From Diadema antillarum (Eukaryota), in assembly GCF_040938485.1 (NCBI RefSeq), contig NW_027271601.1, forward strand, positions 2,790,001 through 2,854,000: a stretch of 64,000 nt of DNA. The letters run 5' to 3'. Within the stretch, counting starts at the first letter, position 1; every line of letters begins with the position of its first letter. The position numbers and the translations under genes were made by a program. Below the pieces are notes generated by a model that did no database searches, was not told where the DNA came from, and saw nothing but the letters and a program-made list of their open reading frames with translations. Below, one piece after another: positions 1-13,589 of the stretch.

Positions 1-229
1 GTTCGAATTGATGACTGAATGTGACTCGGTCGATATGACCTTAGGAGAGCTACATACAGTACAATGAATACTAGTATACAGCCAGTGCATGCGAACACAT
101 CACATGCACACAAATTTCAAATCCATGAACGGATAAGATGTTTGTGTGCGCATGCGCTGGCCATGGTATCCAGTGTATAGCTCTCCCAAGGTCCTCTCGA
201 CCGAGTCACATTCAGTCATCAATTCGAAC
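1..229. repeat. Imperfect palindrome/inverted repeat, cut by the window edge
   Basis: 1-52 is the reverse complement of 178-229 with few mismatches; weaker pairing continues inward. Confidence 0.8.
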
Positions 230-1221
230 AGAAAGGGACTATTGGCAGAACCAAACGTTGTTCGAAGCCTGTTTTCAATACTTCAACTTAATTGGTAAGT
301 CTTCAAATCGAAGAAATTTTTGGATTTTAAGTTGACATTTACCCGCGATACTAATTCTGTCATGATCCTGAATGCTACAATGCGAAGCCCCATTACGCTA
401 TGCGTATGGGGCTGCTGGTCGCAGTTAGCTATGCGTACAATGGGCTGCACGCTGCTGGTCGCAGTCAGAGGTTTCGTACAATATTTATCGACGCTGTACA
501 GCGTCGGCTCTGGTACGAAACCATTATTGCATGATTACTAAGACATGAGAGCACTTTGGGGTGAGTAATTCTCACAGACAATGTACTTTAACCTGAAACA
601 CAAACCAAGACAAGGAAATTCAGGGAAGCTTTAGAGGTACCAAAACTTTTTATTATCTTTAAAACGTGATTTGTAAAGATGTAGATATGGATTCGCCACC
701 CGCTCAGTTACGTTTACACACGGGCATGGCGTGTTGAAGCAATTGGGTAATGCATGCACCAATACACACGCACACCATTAGGCTTCAATGCATGCGATTA
801 TCGTATCCGCCATCTTTTGGCACCATCTTACGGATGGGTGATTATAACCTCACATCGCCGTTCGGACATTGTGTTTGAGAAAGAGGTGAATCTTCAAAGC
901 CTGTTTTCTTGTAATATTGTCAGGCTAACAACTTAAAAAAGTGCATTACATTTTGCTTTTTATGCCCACTTACGGTGTTGGAGAATACAGGTGTTTTATA
1001 TCACTGGAACGCTTAGGAAATGGGCAATGTGATTCAATGAAAAAGTGAATTTTCAAAATTCCTGACTTTTGCCTGAAACCGTTGTCGCCGGTCACATATA
1101 TTAGTTGAACACTGACAAAAAGACAGACCATGATGTTAATCTTCCACACAGGTGATGGCAATGGGGTGAGGGGCTATTTACCTCAGTGACAGTTAAATGA
1201 TTTACCTACAGAAATACTCAC

Positions 1222-1339
1222 CAGCAGGGGGCATGACAGGTGGAAGGGGTACCACCTTCTTCTTATTCTTTCCTCCCCAAAACCGGAAGACTCCTTTCTT
1301 TGAGCTTTCCATCGTTGAGTGGCTCAACCCTAGTTCCAG
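1222..1339 (-). CDS. Rho GTPase coding exon 4 (LELGLSH...PLPPVMPPA)
   Basis: Acceptor tcttctttgacag, donor G|gtgagt; phase 0 matches exon 3, giving FDKALELGL then a basic/Pro-rich linker. Confidence 0.8.
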
Positions 1340-3645
1340 CTGTCAAAGAAGATACAGGTAAAGACATTACATCACTATGAGCACACATCACATACAAAAC
1401 AGTCATCTTTGTTCTTCTTCTGATTGCATCAAAGTGAAGTAAAGTTGCTGCATTTGGACTAGAAAGTCCTCCATTTGTGCTCGTACTGAGAATTTCACTT
1501 TAACATGAGAATAACATGCACTGCACTGTCTGCACAATAATGATTTGTTCCTGCATTTGAATGTCACATGCGAATTGAAGAGGTCAGGGATGTACAAAAC
1601 GTAGCTAGAGGAAACGGTATGCTGCTGATGAACTGATCTAAATGCTGGATACAGTAGCTATTGCTCCTTCTTTTCTATGTGATAGTAAGCAAATAATCAA
1701 CGTTGGTGAAGGTGATGGGACACACTATTACTTCTGAGGCGATTTGGATGTACATGTAGCTATCTTTCCGAAGCGCAGCTGAGGAAAGATAGCGTACACA
1801 TTCAGATCGCTGAGGAAGTGATAGTTTGTCTCATTGCCTGAAACTAAAAGTTGATTATTTGCTTTATATTCCACATCTAGGGTCCTAGATATTCCCATTT
1901 TATTCCACACCTGAAACCATTTTAGCTGTCTTACGGTATCCTCAGGGCTTAGGCTACGTAGTTTACTTTAGACGTATGCGCGTAGATGACAAAACAACAA
2001 ATTTGCTCTGCGCCCCGCACGTGGCACCAAAATAAAAGTGCGTACTCAAAATTGTAAGTTATATCATGCGTTAGGACTGTGTGGACTAAGAGATCAGCGA
2101 AACAAAATGACTATTATCACAGAGTGTAACAAACTTTTCTTCTCAGGTGATGTGATGGGCAAAACTACGCTTTATCACGTGATCAGCTCTTGAACAATCC
2201 TACAGCAAGATTCTCAGTATGTGGAATATAACATGACATACATCAAACGAATCGATGGTGTGATCTGAAAGTAGGTGTTGATCAAATATCAAAGAAGAAA
2301 AATATGAAGAAGAAGAAAAGATTCTCAAGATTGTGGCATCACATCACTTTATTTATATAAAGTATGTCACATTATCAGTGTCATTTCATGAGTGTGCACT
2401 GCTAATGGTCTTTGTCTAGTCAATGCATTTCCCATACCACTGCGCAAAAGATTCATAGCATAACTGCGGTGCGTTTGCCAGAAAATCAGAAGGTTGCCCA
2501 ATTTTTTTTTAAAGCAAAGGCTAGTCAAACTCGGTGAGTGTTGCATTATTTGCCCTATAATCTGTGAAGATGGGGCAACTTATAAAATACATGGAATGAA
2601 GAGAGTCTATATTCGTACAGTTGCAATTTACCATTTTAAATAATGATCTTAAAAAAGAAATGATGAAAAAAAATCACTGTCACAGTATACGAACAACTAC
2701 AGAATTCAGATATTATGTATCATATCATAGGCTATTAAATCATATCATCATCAAAGACAACTCATCACCTTATAAATTCTGTCATGGTTTGTCTATGTGC
2801 TGTGTTGAGATGTATTTTGATATCACTTAAAGAGAATTGAACTTCAAAAAAAAAAGAAGTATTACATCAAAGAGCACTTACTGCCTTATCAAAGCACTCT
2901 TTCAAGCCAGAGTGAGTGAGGGAACTTGTTTCTACAAAGGTCAAATTCAGATTCCTTGCAAGCGCCGCTCCCTCATTAAAGGACACAGTCCTATTCTGGT
3001 TTGACGGCGTCCTGAGATCTGCATTGTGTGGCGAAATGAGAGGAAATTTACCTTGAATACCACTGACTAAAACATCAATAGTTGGTGACGGTGAAATAAA
3101 TTACTGCACTGATCATAATTCTGAATATCTCGTATCTGAAAGAAAGAGGTAATACTGGCATGCGGGAAAGAATGACATAATGACATACTGCAACTCCGAT
3201 CAGATACAAACACATCAGCTTGTGAACTTAGGAAGTCACAACAAATCATGTATTAAGGGCATGGCACACATGAACTACATAATAAACCCAATTTCCTGCA
3301 CAATCTGACACTACAGGCTTTGACAGAAAAAAACGAAAATCAAAATGATTTTTTGGACAATTTTTTGTTCCATGCTGAAGGAAGCTTCCTGGGCATTTGC
3401 ACTTTCCTGTCAACATTTGCTACTTTGTACATTAAAATGCAATACCAGTATCGGGAACATTTGACGCACTGTGAAAGTCGGCATACATTGTACATGCATG
3501 TCCTTGGATGAAGATCCAAGGGCCCAGTCCTTGACTAGCTTTGAATATCTTTTCTTCAGTCCTAGTCCTTGACTAGCTCTGAATATCTTTTCTTCAGCCT
3601 TACTCTGCTGATAACTTCACATCCTACATTGAACCCATCACAAAT

Positions 3646-3712
<67 letters not shown>

Positions 3713-4923
3713 ACAAACATAATAGGGCCTACATGTATTGTCCATTCATAGACATAGCAGGTAGTTAACTTCCTTGTCAGTCTTGATAAGCATATCGTCC
3801 CTGCCCTCATTCTACACTGGTCAAACAACTTAGAGAAATTACCTGTTTTCATGGCGACAAGAAGAATGGGAACATTTGGACAAAAGTGCATGACTTCTGG
3901 GTACCACTTTGATGAAATGTTCTCGAATGATGACCGGCTATCCACAGAGTAGCAAATCAAAAAAATGTCAGTCTGAGGATACGACAATGGACGCAGCCGA
4001 TCATAATCCTCCTGCAAGAGTTGAAACAAAATATCTAAAAAGATGAAGTATAAATGTCAAGGTTCTGATGACACCTCCAAGGACCTAACCTTGTGAAGCC
4101 CTCGGAAGAGTACTATGGAGCACATCATGAAAGTAATTACTATTACTATTACACGTACTATTATTATTACTACTATTACTATTACTATCACTGTCAATAT
4201 CATCATATAATTATTAAGAATGACAGCTAGCAAGATAAATGAAAATGGTTATTTGTGTTTGTAAAATGTTATTGGTTGCAATGGTGGGGTGCACTTGGTC
4301 TACAATTTCCCTGTTCAAACAATGTGATGTATAATTTATGAATTTTTATATTCTTTCTTTACAGCTAAGGATATGTCAAAAAGGTATACATATTGTATAA
4401 TGCAAATGTTGCAAACAAGGTATAATTTGATATAAATTCAATAAGCAGAATTATTACAATATCACTCACAGGAAATCTTATGGATCATACAATTATGTAC
4501 AGAGACTTCGCAAGGAATGATGTCAAAATATTTATTTCGACTTTTTGCTTACATTGCTACATGTATTGGACAAAATACTATGTTGTACATCTATTTCTAT
4601 ATCATTCTGAATTCATTGCAGAAAGTGCATTGTACCAAGAAAACATTTCATTCACACTAAAATAACTGTTTCATTTCATACTTCAGTATTGCACCATTAC
4701 ACTCAATGCAGCACAGATGTAATACAACGTATCAACTTACCTGACCTGCTGTGTCCCACAGTGCCAGGCAGCATGGACTGCCATTAAACATTACGTTGGC
4801 AGCATAGTTGTCAAAGACCGTGGGAACATACTCGCTTGGAAAGTTATTTGTGGTGTATGTAATGAGGAGACAACTTTTCCCCACACCACCATCACCAATA
4901 ATGACAAGCTTGATGGTATTCAT
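1222..4923 (-). CDS. RacA/RhoBTB-like Rho-family GTPase, 5' part (4 coding exons, 202 aa; continues beyond exon 4, probably left of the window)
   Basis: Exons 4923-4741, 4011-3843, 3018-2882, 1339-1222 join in frame (phases 0,1,0,1) with GT-AG ends. Motifs [38 protein letters not shown], then basic + Pro-rich [17 protein letters not shown], as recalled for RacA-type RhoBTB proteins. BTB domains not seen in the window. Confidence 0.85.
2882..3018 (-). CDS. Rho GTPase coding exon 3 (DLRTPSN...ECFDKA)
   Basis: Acceptor atgcag, donor GCA|gtaagt; completes G4 (KTD) and carries G5-like ETSSLT. Confidence 0.9.
3524..3599. repeat. Tandem duplication, 38-bp unit x2
   Basis: agtccttgactagct(t/c)tgaatatcttttcttcag repeated. 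Confidence 0.9.
3647..3714. repeat. (CA)n microsatellite
   Basis: Direct reading; source of the spurious HT/CV ORFs. Confidence 0.95.
3843..4011 (-). CDS. Rho GTPase coding exon 2 ([11 protein letters not shown]...LVAMKT)
   Basis: Acceptor ttgcag, donor G|gtaat; 169 nt; Rho switch II sequence. Confidence 0.95.
4741..4923 (-). CDS. Rho GTPase coding exon 1 (MNTIKLV...DTAGQ)
   Basis: ATG at 4923; P-loop and switch I; donor CAG|gtaagt; upstream acceptor ttttccccaatag near 4990 implies a non-coding exon further upstream. Confidence 0.95.
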
Positions 4924-6003
4924 GTTCAAGCCTTTGCAGAACCACCAGCTCCAGACAAGATTAGACTAGCCCCAGTTTCTTGACAGTCCCTATTGGGGAA
5001 AACAAACAAACAGACAAACACTAAACAAATGCAATACCCATCAAATTCAAAAGCTTTGCCAAAAATAAAACATGCATCATGTGTATGACTTTCACTTTTC
5101 TCATGTCCCTGCTCAATTTCAAGAATCTTTCAGTCAAGATTAAACATATAATTCGAATCATTATATATTTGGACTTCAACATGGCCACAAAAATAACTGC
5201 TCCAATCTTCACAGGGGTTTCCATAAAAAAAAAAAAAAATCAGAGGCAGGCCGTAGGCTTGAGATTGCTGAAAGGCAAGTATTATAAGCAAACTGGGTAG
5301 CTATCCCACAGATATTAGGAAGACAACTGGTTCATGCATCATTGCATTGAATGACCAGCCACTATTTACAGGTCTTTCTGATAGTAATTATTTTCACCAT
5401 TCCTTCTTATAAAAAAGTATGTTGTACATACTGGAAAGATATGGGGAAGCACAAATAGAAATCACGCAAGGATCGATGGATGAAATAAAAATAAAAATGA
5501 CTCCACTTCACATGTCTTTACACTAATCTGACATATAAATGAACAAAGAACCGTACTTAAAGATTATCTTGCATACTCCATATATTTAGCGAGTCTAAAT
5601 TTTTGTGAATTGGGACTTCCTGACGATTTCGCGAGTGATTAAATTCGTGATCGTAGAGTACTGTACAGAACGGAGAAGTGTATTTACGCGTGCCTCACAT
5701 TCATATCAGAATCAGAGTAATTATTTTTGCATGTCTTTTATTTTGCAAATAACACCTGGCTCATGAAATTTTTCGGCCCATACAGTACCATAAATCACTT
5801 TTGTCTGTTGGAAGTGATTAGAAAAATGACAAATCAGCTTTGCAGCGAGGGTACAGTTTCAAATACTGACACAGCATACAGCTCAGATTTACAATTTTGC
5901 ACACTAAATATTTCTGGATGAGAGTTACTTTTGTTTCATATGCTTTTGATATCATTAGGTGAAATTTTATTTTATTTAGTAAATGAATTTAGCAAATAAT
6001 ATA

Positions 6004-6847
6004 CAGTACTCTCCGCGTAATCGGGTCTCCGTTCAATTGGGTAGTAATGTCAGAGTCAGTTCCAATGCACATTAAAATTACCTGATAATCGGGTTGCCTT
6101 TCCGCATAAACGGCTAAATAATTCTCTTCTAATCTAATTTCTACCCGAGTATTTTATCACATATAACACTTTAAGAAATCATGCATGTCAAATTTTCCAC
6201 AGCTAATCGCATTCTTTGCTTAATTTACAAAGAAAACCGATCATTTGGGGAGTGATTAAACATGAATACACATGTACATGTACCGACTTGCCACACGTAA
6301 ACGAACATTACACATGTAACTGGCACTCACAATTGCATAGACAGACAGGAGTTGAACACACTAGCACTCCTGTCTTGCTCCGCAATAAACATGCACAATA
6401 TGAAAAGTTTGCAACAAAAATCAGGCCATTCACCAGTTCCATAATTTTGCTTTTCCCCAGTCGATTCTTGAAAAGTAACCCGACGTTCTAGACTTCTACG
6501 TTACTAGTGCACGCAAAGAGACATGTTCATTTCGGGAAACCCCTGCGTGATGGCGAAGAGTCTATACTAAGTCAAACGACAAAGTTTTCTGAAGACATAT
6601 TTGTCCATAAAAAAAAGTGTAAATTATTGCTCGTGACTGAGCAAGTGTATGTATAATGTGCAATGCAAGCACGCGTGTTAAGCATACAGTGTATGTGTTT
6701 GGTGCAGTGTACAATGCATATAAATACACATTGTGTGTGTGTCCATCGTGAATGAGAGGCATGTTCTTCTGTTAATCGGGTACTCCGCTTAATCGGGTAG
6801 GAAACGCTGTGCCCGAGCCAAACCCGATTATGCGGAGAGTACTACTG
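6004..6847. mobile_element. Tc1/mariner-pogo-like non-autonomous DNA transposon
   Basis: TA|CAGTACTCTCCGCgTAATCGGGT ... ACCCGATTAtGCGGAGAGTACTACTG|TA. Confidence 0.75.
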
Positions 6848-6879
6848 TATAACTGACATTATAAGGGCATATCTTACTG

Positions 6880-7290
6880 GAGGAGACTTGTGTGACTCAA
6901 GAGACCAAAAATGGCTTGCGTTCTCACCAAGGAAACTCCAGGGCAAATTCAGAAACACCTCCAAATATAAAGATGATAGTATATTTGTTTGGAAGTCTCG
7001 CAGACATCACTGCAACATCTCTGAGACATTTAAATTTAAAAGCAATATCTCTGGTATGTCACAATGGATATTTGCAAAGTCACAGTGATGTCTCAGAGAC
7101 CTTCAAATAAAATTACTCCTTGCGACCAGCTGGAGACTCTAGTAAGAGTCTCAAAAAAAAAAAAAAATCAAACACAACATTAAATGACTCGGAGACGTCT
7201 CCACGGCCACTCTATGACCAGGAACAGGAAGACTTGAGTTGCCACAGGTTGCCAACAAGAATAGTCTCCAGCCAAATGAGATAATTACCC
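6880..7290. repeat. Dispersed repeat rich in GAGAC/GTCTC motifs, copy 1
   Basis: Similar to about 22220-22680 (gtgactc...aatggcttg...ctcaccaag; tagtctccagcc); ends approximate. Confidence 0.6.
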
Positions 7291-9092
7291 ACTTCAGTGT
7301 TCATAATAAATCCTGAGATTCAAGATTGCTCTGAAATATGGCAGCATCAAACCAGGTTCAATCATGAAAACAGATGTAGGGCCTACCTGGAGCTGGGAAA
7401 TTCTTTGTGTACATACAGAAAACTGGCAGCTGTTGACTAATTTGCTGCCTGTTATTTGTACTACAGCCAGATTAATACTCAAATAACAGAACTCCAGCTC
7501 TGAAACCTCCATGTGATAGATATGACTTTGGTATGAGGCAGTTTAAATATTCATTCTCTGACTTTGTAAGCAGGCATTTTTAGACATTTCGAAGCATTGA
7601 AACTAGTGAAAGTGCAGTGGTCAATACAGGGTCAAGTGTATTGCAGGCTTAACAACAGTTAAAAATTTACATGTAGGATTTACAATTAAGTACAAACTAA
7701 GTTGTACCACAGTAACTTAAAAGTGTGACTGTGTGAGTGTAACTTATATATGCAACTGGAGAAGAATCTGATAATTTGAAACAATGGGCTAGGTTATGTA
7801 TTGACACTTCCAGTCTTACTATCTTGACGAGGTCTAGCCCCGGAGACCACGCCGCTATTTTGGCGCTATGATGCGGCGCTGCACGTTGGGGCTGGTCGCA
7901 GTTAGATGAGGTCTAACAAGTTAGAGCTAACAGTAACACTAGAACGTCGTTAGTCATCGAATGCGAATTCATATTCAAGACGAATAGAACGAGACAACTT
8001 TTATAGACAAAAACAAGATTGAAGAGTGACATCCATCATTAATGTGACAATGATCATCAACCTCAACTCCGTCAAGGTGCACCACTGCCACCAACCAGGT
8101 CAGGTACATGGTGAAGCAAATCTAACGCTAAAACTAACCAAAAGTAAACTAAATAAAAGTTAAGGAAACTCATGTCATTATCTGTTAGTGTATAGACTAG
8201 TGTTGACTGCTTGTGGGGTTAAACTTTACCTGTCTAAGCTAGGCTCTAACTGTTACTTAGGGTTAGGTGTGTGTAATATGTTAGAATCTAAAGTTTATTT
8301 TTAGTGGCATGTGTTGTGTCCGAGGCGAGGAAGACCGACATTGCCGGGCCGTGGCCTTTCATAGACACAATCAATCACTATGTCACACTATCAGGTCTAC
8401 TACAGACAAGTTGAGAGAAGAAAGGAACATTGATAGAGAAAAATTAAATCGGTTAATTTACTCTTCAAACTTCCATGCATAATAATACTTACCAAGGTTG
8501 AAAATCAGGCGGTCGTGAAAACATTCGATGTAACGACGTTAGCTAGATCTGCACTGTGTTGTTCTGTGTGTGTTTTTCATGTACAGTAAATTATGACGGT
8601 CGGCACCGGTTCGGTTCTTCCGCACTCGTTTCGTGTAATTCCTCCTTCACTCGGGATGTACAATCACCGAAGATCACAGCTCTGCTCAGCTTAGCAGCTA
8701 GCACAGCGAGTATGCTGGTGTGGATGTACTTTCACCGTACAGAGTTGACATGTATACACAGGGAGCTTGTCCGTTGGCCGTATGTGTTTCCGCCTGGCTC
8801 TCGAACTCCTTGCCCAACCCTCCGGTAATCTCGTATTTATTGCTCGCTAAGTTTGTACACTACACTGAGCACAGTCAGTGTAGCGCTCGGCTTTGTAATT
8901 ACTCGTAGATTTTTTCAAGCACTCTTTATCTATTTACCACAACTCTGTTGAAGAAAGTAAACAAATCAACATATTTTTGACTACATGATGCCTATTTAAA
9001 TATTTAATAACTAAATAAAATAATTTTAATGTGATAATATACGTTTTTATCCAATTCTAGAAATTTGTTGAAACCAATATATTTTTCTTTAC

Positions 9093-9210
9093 CTGGTAAT
9101 AAAGTCAAACCGCATAAACAAGGGCGTCTGCTACACGCACGTTGTCGAAGATACAGAAATAGAACATGACATCGTGTTTATTTTCAGACCGTGCGGAGAA
9201 AATATATAGG
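9093..9210 (-). promoter_or_regulatory. Candidate TATA-like site and non-coding first exon of the Rho gene
   Basis: TATATA near 9203-9208, CpG-containing segment, donor CAG|gtaaag at 9093. Confidence 0.3.
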
Positions 9211-9406
9211 CCTTGCAGCAAGGCAGAACATGTTACAACCAGCAGGTTTACAGAAGTGATGCATGATAGCCAAAAGATAATGTTACCTTCTTGAAAGGAA
9301 AAGAACAAATCAAGGCAAAAAAGGGTCAAATTTTGAGAAAATGGACTTACATTTATAAGTATAGAATGTTTTTGGAAAACATAGTCCTGTGTGTCACATT
9401 GTTTTG

Positions 9407-9573
9407 CAGTGGCGGATCCAGAAGGGGGTGCATGCACCGGGTGTGTGCCCCCTCTTTATTCGTTGTTAAAACAAAAGAAATAAAAATAAAAAAATTAGAT
9501 GAAACCCAGAGGTAGAACCAGAAATATTGTTTGTGCCCCCCCCCCCTTTACGGAATTCCTGGATCCGCCCCTG
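9407..9573. mobile_element. MITE with CAGTGGCGGATCC-type TIR and 5-bp TSD
   Basis: TSD TTTTG on both sides; relatives at 37678-37847 and 46040-46216. Confidence 0.8.
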
Positions 9574-10822
9574 TTTTGCAGGAACACAGCTTTTAAAATA
9601 TTTATATATTTGTGCAGAACCTCCTTGGGGCAGATCATTCCAGCAAAAAGAGGAGACTGGGGAGCCTGGGGTGCTTGTGGATGAGAAGAATATCTCAGCC
9701 AGAACTTCCTCAAAGTCATGGGTTTTCTTGTATTAGTCTTTTTTTACCTATAATCTAGCTCTTTAAATCCAAAGAAATTTCTTCCCATTCAGATGCAACC
9801 AGGCTTTTGAACTAAGGGTCGAGGCATATAAACTAATGTTTTATGTACTCTCTGAATTATATATCAGAATTTTAGTTACCACAAAGGGGCCCATAACAAT
9901 TACTATTGTAATGGGGACTGGGGGGAGTGTAGACATGATTGCAAGAAAGTTGGTAAAATCAATGGTCCTCCATGAACATCATTCTTTAATCAGATTTACA
10001 TTCAACATATCTGAAACTTTGAATTCAGTAAATTTCAGCCATGTCTTGGATCATTTTGTTGCATCGATTCTATACAAGGTAAACCCTCTCCTTTTCCTCT
10101 TTTTTTTCACTTGAAAGAACAACTTAAAATTCTGTCCTTTGCTTGAATTCTCTTTCAAATTCATAGGCTGAAGTCGTCACATTTTGCAAAAGAAGGGGGA
10201 AAATGGGCAAGTTTAAAGATATAAAAAGGTCAAGAGTTTTATCATGTTCATTGTCATAAAATGCACTATAAGGTGACAGATTGAGTCGATCTTTCAACTG
10301 TTAAATCAATGCTTAGTCACTACATGTTCTTTCCTGTTATTTTACAAAAGTAAATACTGATTTTCATATCATGTGCCTGAATGATGACTAAGTACGGCAA
10401 CTATCTTTCCCTAGCTGTTAGTAGAAAGACTATACATGTACATATGTAGGTCTAATGAATGTTATATCTATATTCTAAGCTATCCATACGTAGAAAACCT
10501 TGTTTATAACACTGTACAAGGATGTAAAATGAGAGAAACTGAAAATATCAAGACAGCTAAATATATCCATATGATGGAATATAGGGCCTACAGCAGCATG
10601 AGTCTATAGTCAGGCTTTTGTTGATTTGATCATTTAACATAACCCTGAAAGAGCCTCCAGACGTGTATGACTGCTATGAGCATTTATATTCTAACGCTGC
10701 ATGTAAGAGATAGGGATGTTCAATAAGCAATATAATGCAGTTCAACAAGGGAGGTGGCAAGAGAGTTCAAACCTACCCCATCTTAACAATGACAAAAAAA
10801 AAACCAAACATACATTGTATGT

Positions 10823-10895
10823 ACACACACAGACACAAGCACACACATACACACACACGCACATGCACACACACACACACACACACACGCACATG

Positions 10896-10926
<31 letters not shown>

Positions 10927-10930
10927 ACAC
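10823..10930. repeat. Compound (CA)n microsatellite
   Basis: Direct reading; another at about 11272-11318. Confidence 0.9.
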
Positions 10931-11016
10931 AATGGCCTGTCTTTCCACCTCTCTGCAAGCACTAAATGGGGAGTCTATGATATCTACACCTAAACCCAAC
11001 ATCACTTCCCTGGTTA

Positions 11017-11190
11017 CAGAGACTCCAACTCTCCCGCTTTCGACAGGATATCTCCAGCCGAAAGCCCATTTTTGCAAAATCTCCCGTTCTCCTGCCCTGG
11101 CTCTGTCTCCCGCTTGAAATGATTTCTTACTTAGTGTCATCATACATTGAAAAATAAGCCTGAGATAGCACAAGAGAGCATCTAGAACCA
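11017..11190 (+). mobile_element. Truncated copy of the CAGAGACTCCAAC MITE
   Basis: Matches about the first 170 nt of 27407-27709; no right TIR. Confidence 0.7.
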
Positions 11191-11272
11191 TGGAGTTTCC
11201 AGGGCCGGTTAAGGGCCCTGGACCCCGGCCGCAAGGAGCTTCGTGCAAACACACAGATGGACAGACAGAAAG

Positions 11273-11313
<41 letters not shown>

Positions 11314-12603
11314 TACACATAGCTACAATAATTTGGAAATAATCTTGCTTTCAGATAAATTGTCAGCACCATTCATTTGTGCATTTAAGGATACAGTGTA
11401 GATTGTACATGCTTGATTTGGTATAGATATGATTAACTTGTGTAATCAAAACAAGCATACATACACTCATGTACATTGCACATCTCTTTGCTAGTCTGGC
11501 AAATGTGTAATCATAATTATATGCTTTCATCCAAACACTTTATCAATCAGTGGGCAAAATGTTATGTGTCAGAAGTAAAGTTGATTAACAAAAAAAACAT
11601 CCATACAAGACTTTACAGTTACCAATATACATTGTAATTAACCAAAACTTCCCACAAATGAAAGCAACAAGCAAGACTAGGAACAATGAGACAAATCATG
11701 AGACTCCTTATGAATTGAATTTACTTAGTTTTTACTGTATTTTACTCTTTTTTTTACATCCACAAAGAGGACAAGAGGACATCTCAAGAATGTCCAGACA
11801 ATACATTTCAGTACTGAAATACACACAAAGAAGTCCCAGTAATGCAGTCAGTCTGTGCTATGCATTATGATGATATGTTGTACAGAAATGACAAAATATA
11901 CAAGCAATATTGCTGATGTATTCAGTATGAGTAATTTTGCATACAGCTGTACATGATACATGTCAAACTAACCCATCTCTCAATTGCCTCCATATGCAGC
12001 CAAGGCGCAAGAAGTGCTAACCAATGGATTTCTCACACACTTTTGTGCCTAGTTGACAAGTGTCACAAATAATTCTGGATATCATGTGGGGAAAAAAACG
12101 CAGGTATAACTGTAAAAGGGATTGATGCATATTTCCTATGATATTTAATATATATATAAGTTACTTTAGTTGCTTACGATATGCAAACATTACAGTGACA
12201 GTACACATAACGCTTACTACAAGTATCTCTCTAGGTGTCTGTAAATTTTCCCAGTATAAATTAAACTGTAGTTTTAACAGACACTCCAAAATGAGACTAT
12301 TGTTGTTTTAGTTTGTTTCCTTTTTGTGTTTCCCATAGATAGATTGGATGGCTCTGAGTTTTATTTAAAGTCTCAATTACGTGAAATGTCAGTAACAGCA
12401 CCTGCCCACTGTGCAACAATGCACAGACAAATTAATCTGCAAGAGTATCATGATAAATGAAGTTCTGAGCAATAATTTAAATGAACTCGGCATTGTATAC
12501 AGTCAATAACTGAAATGCTACACTGTGTATGCAATCATATTTTAAAATATACTGGCTTCACACAATAGAGAAAAAGAAATGAAAAAGTTTTCACTCACTT
12601 TAA

Positions 12604-13170
12604 AGGACAAGTTCACCTTCATAAACATAAGGATTGAGAGAATGCAACAATATTAGTAGAACACATCAGTGAAAATTTGAGGAAAATTGGACAATCGATG
12701 CAAAAGTTATGAATTTTTAAAATTTTTGTGTCGGAACCGCTGGATGAGGAGACTACTACAGCTTGTGAGTCATATGCGTACAACAGTATAAAGAAAATGT
12801 AAAGAAAATTCAACATATTTTCACTTTTTCGTATAATAAAAGAGCACTTGACTTGCCTCTTTCTAAAGGCACGGGGAATAATATTACCCATAACATATGT
12901 CGGTAACGAGTCAGGGGAATGTGTACTTTTTTCAAAAGATGAAATTTTGTGAAATTCTCTTTATATTTTCCTTATATTGTTGTACGCATGTGACATCTAA
13001 GTTATTCATACACTGCAGTAGTCTTCTCATCCAGCGGTTACTGCATAAAAACTTCAAAAATTCATAACTTTTGAACGGATTGTCCGATTTTCCTCAAACT
13101 TTCAATGATGTGTTCTTCTAATATTGCTACATTCTCTCAATCCTTATGTTTATGAAGGTGAACTTGTCCT
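12604..13170. mobile_element. TTAA-flanked, Kolobok-like non-autonomous element (long TIRs), family K1
   Basis: TTAA|AGGACAAGTTCACCTTCATAAAC...GTTTATGAAGGTGAACTTGTCCT|TTAA. Confidence 0.85.
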
Positions 13171-13589
13171 TTAAAGAGCAATGCATACGGAATTTCAATC
13201 AGTCATAGTAAAGGTAAGACTTCCTGAGTCACGCTCTGCCATCAAGTACATGTACTGCAAGTACTGTACATAATTAAGTTATGTTTACAAGACTGGTAAG
13301 CCATTGGCAGAGGAACATCTTTGAAAATTCCTTGATATTTAAGGTTACTTTCATCAAATAATTGAAGATTCTACAAGTATGTGATTTATTCAAATTTATA
13401 GATGTGTATGCACTACATGTAGTAATTCCTACAAACATACCTAGAGGTTAGAGGATATGCATGCTGTACTGATGATAACAATGATAAGATGAGAAAATGT
13501 GCAGTATCGATAGGTTGACTCCTGCAAAGCTATTGTTTCTTCTTTAAAAATCTAGACACACACACAAAAAAAAAAGAGTTTCAGTTTAA

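Noticed and set aside
970-1161. Signal-peptide-like ORF with ESHCPF, reminiscent of GILT thiol reductase
   Set aside because: No CxxC/CxxS, weak similarity, and a diverged duplicate of the same DNA at about 800-900 that is not open.
1403-1597. ORF with a BTB-like start ([11 protein letters not shown])
   Set aside because: It lies in Rho intron 3, before the Pro-rich exon, lacks the rest of the BTB consensus and has no fitting splice sites.
1750-1838. Alternative Rho terminal exon ([11 protein letters not shown]) followed by an 11-bp hairpin at about 1759-1793, suggesting readthrough
   Set aside because: Exon 1339-1222 gives a far better in-frame continuation; readthrough would add only a short featureless peptide.
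2864-2882. Rho protein ending at AVSAL* by reading into the intron
   Set aside because: A perfect gtaagt donor and a matching downstream exon favour splicing.
10716-11372. Long HT- and CV-repeat ORFs (also at 3562-3751, 30974-31648, 51690-51872)
   Set aside because: (CA)n microsatellite artefacts.
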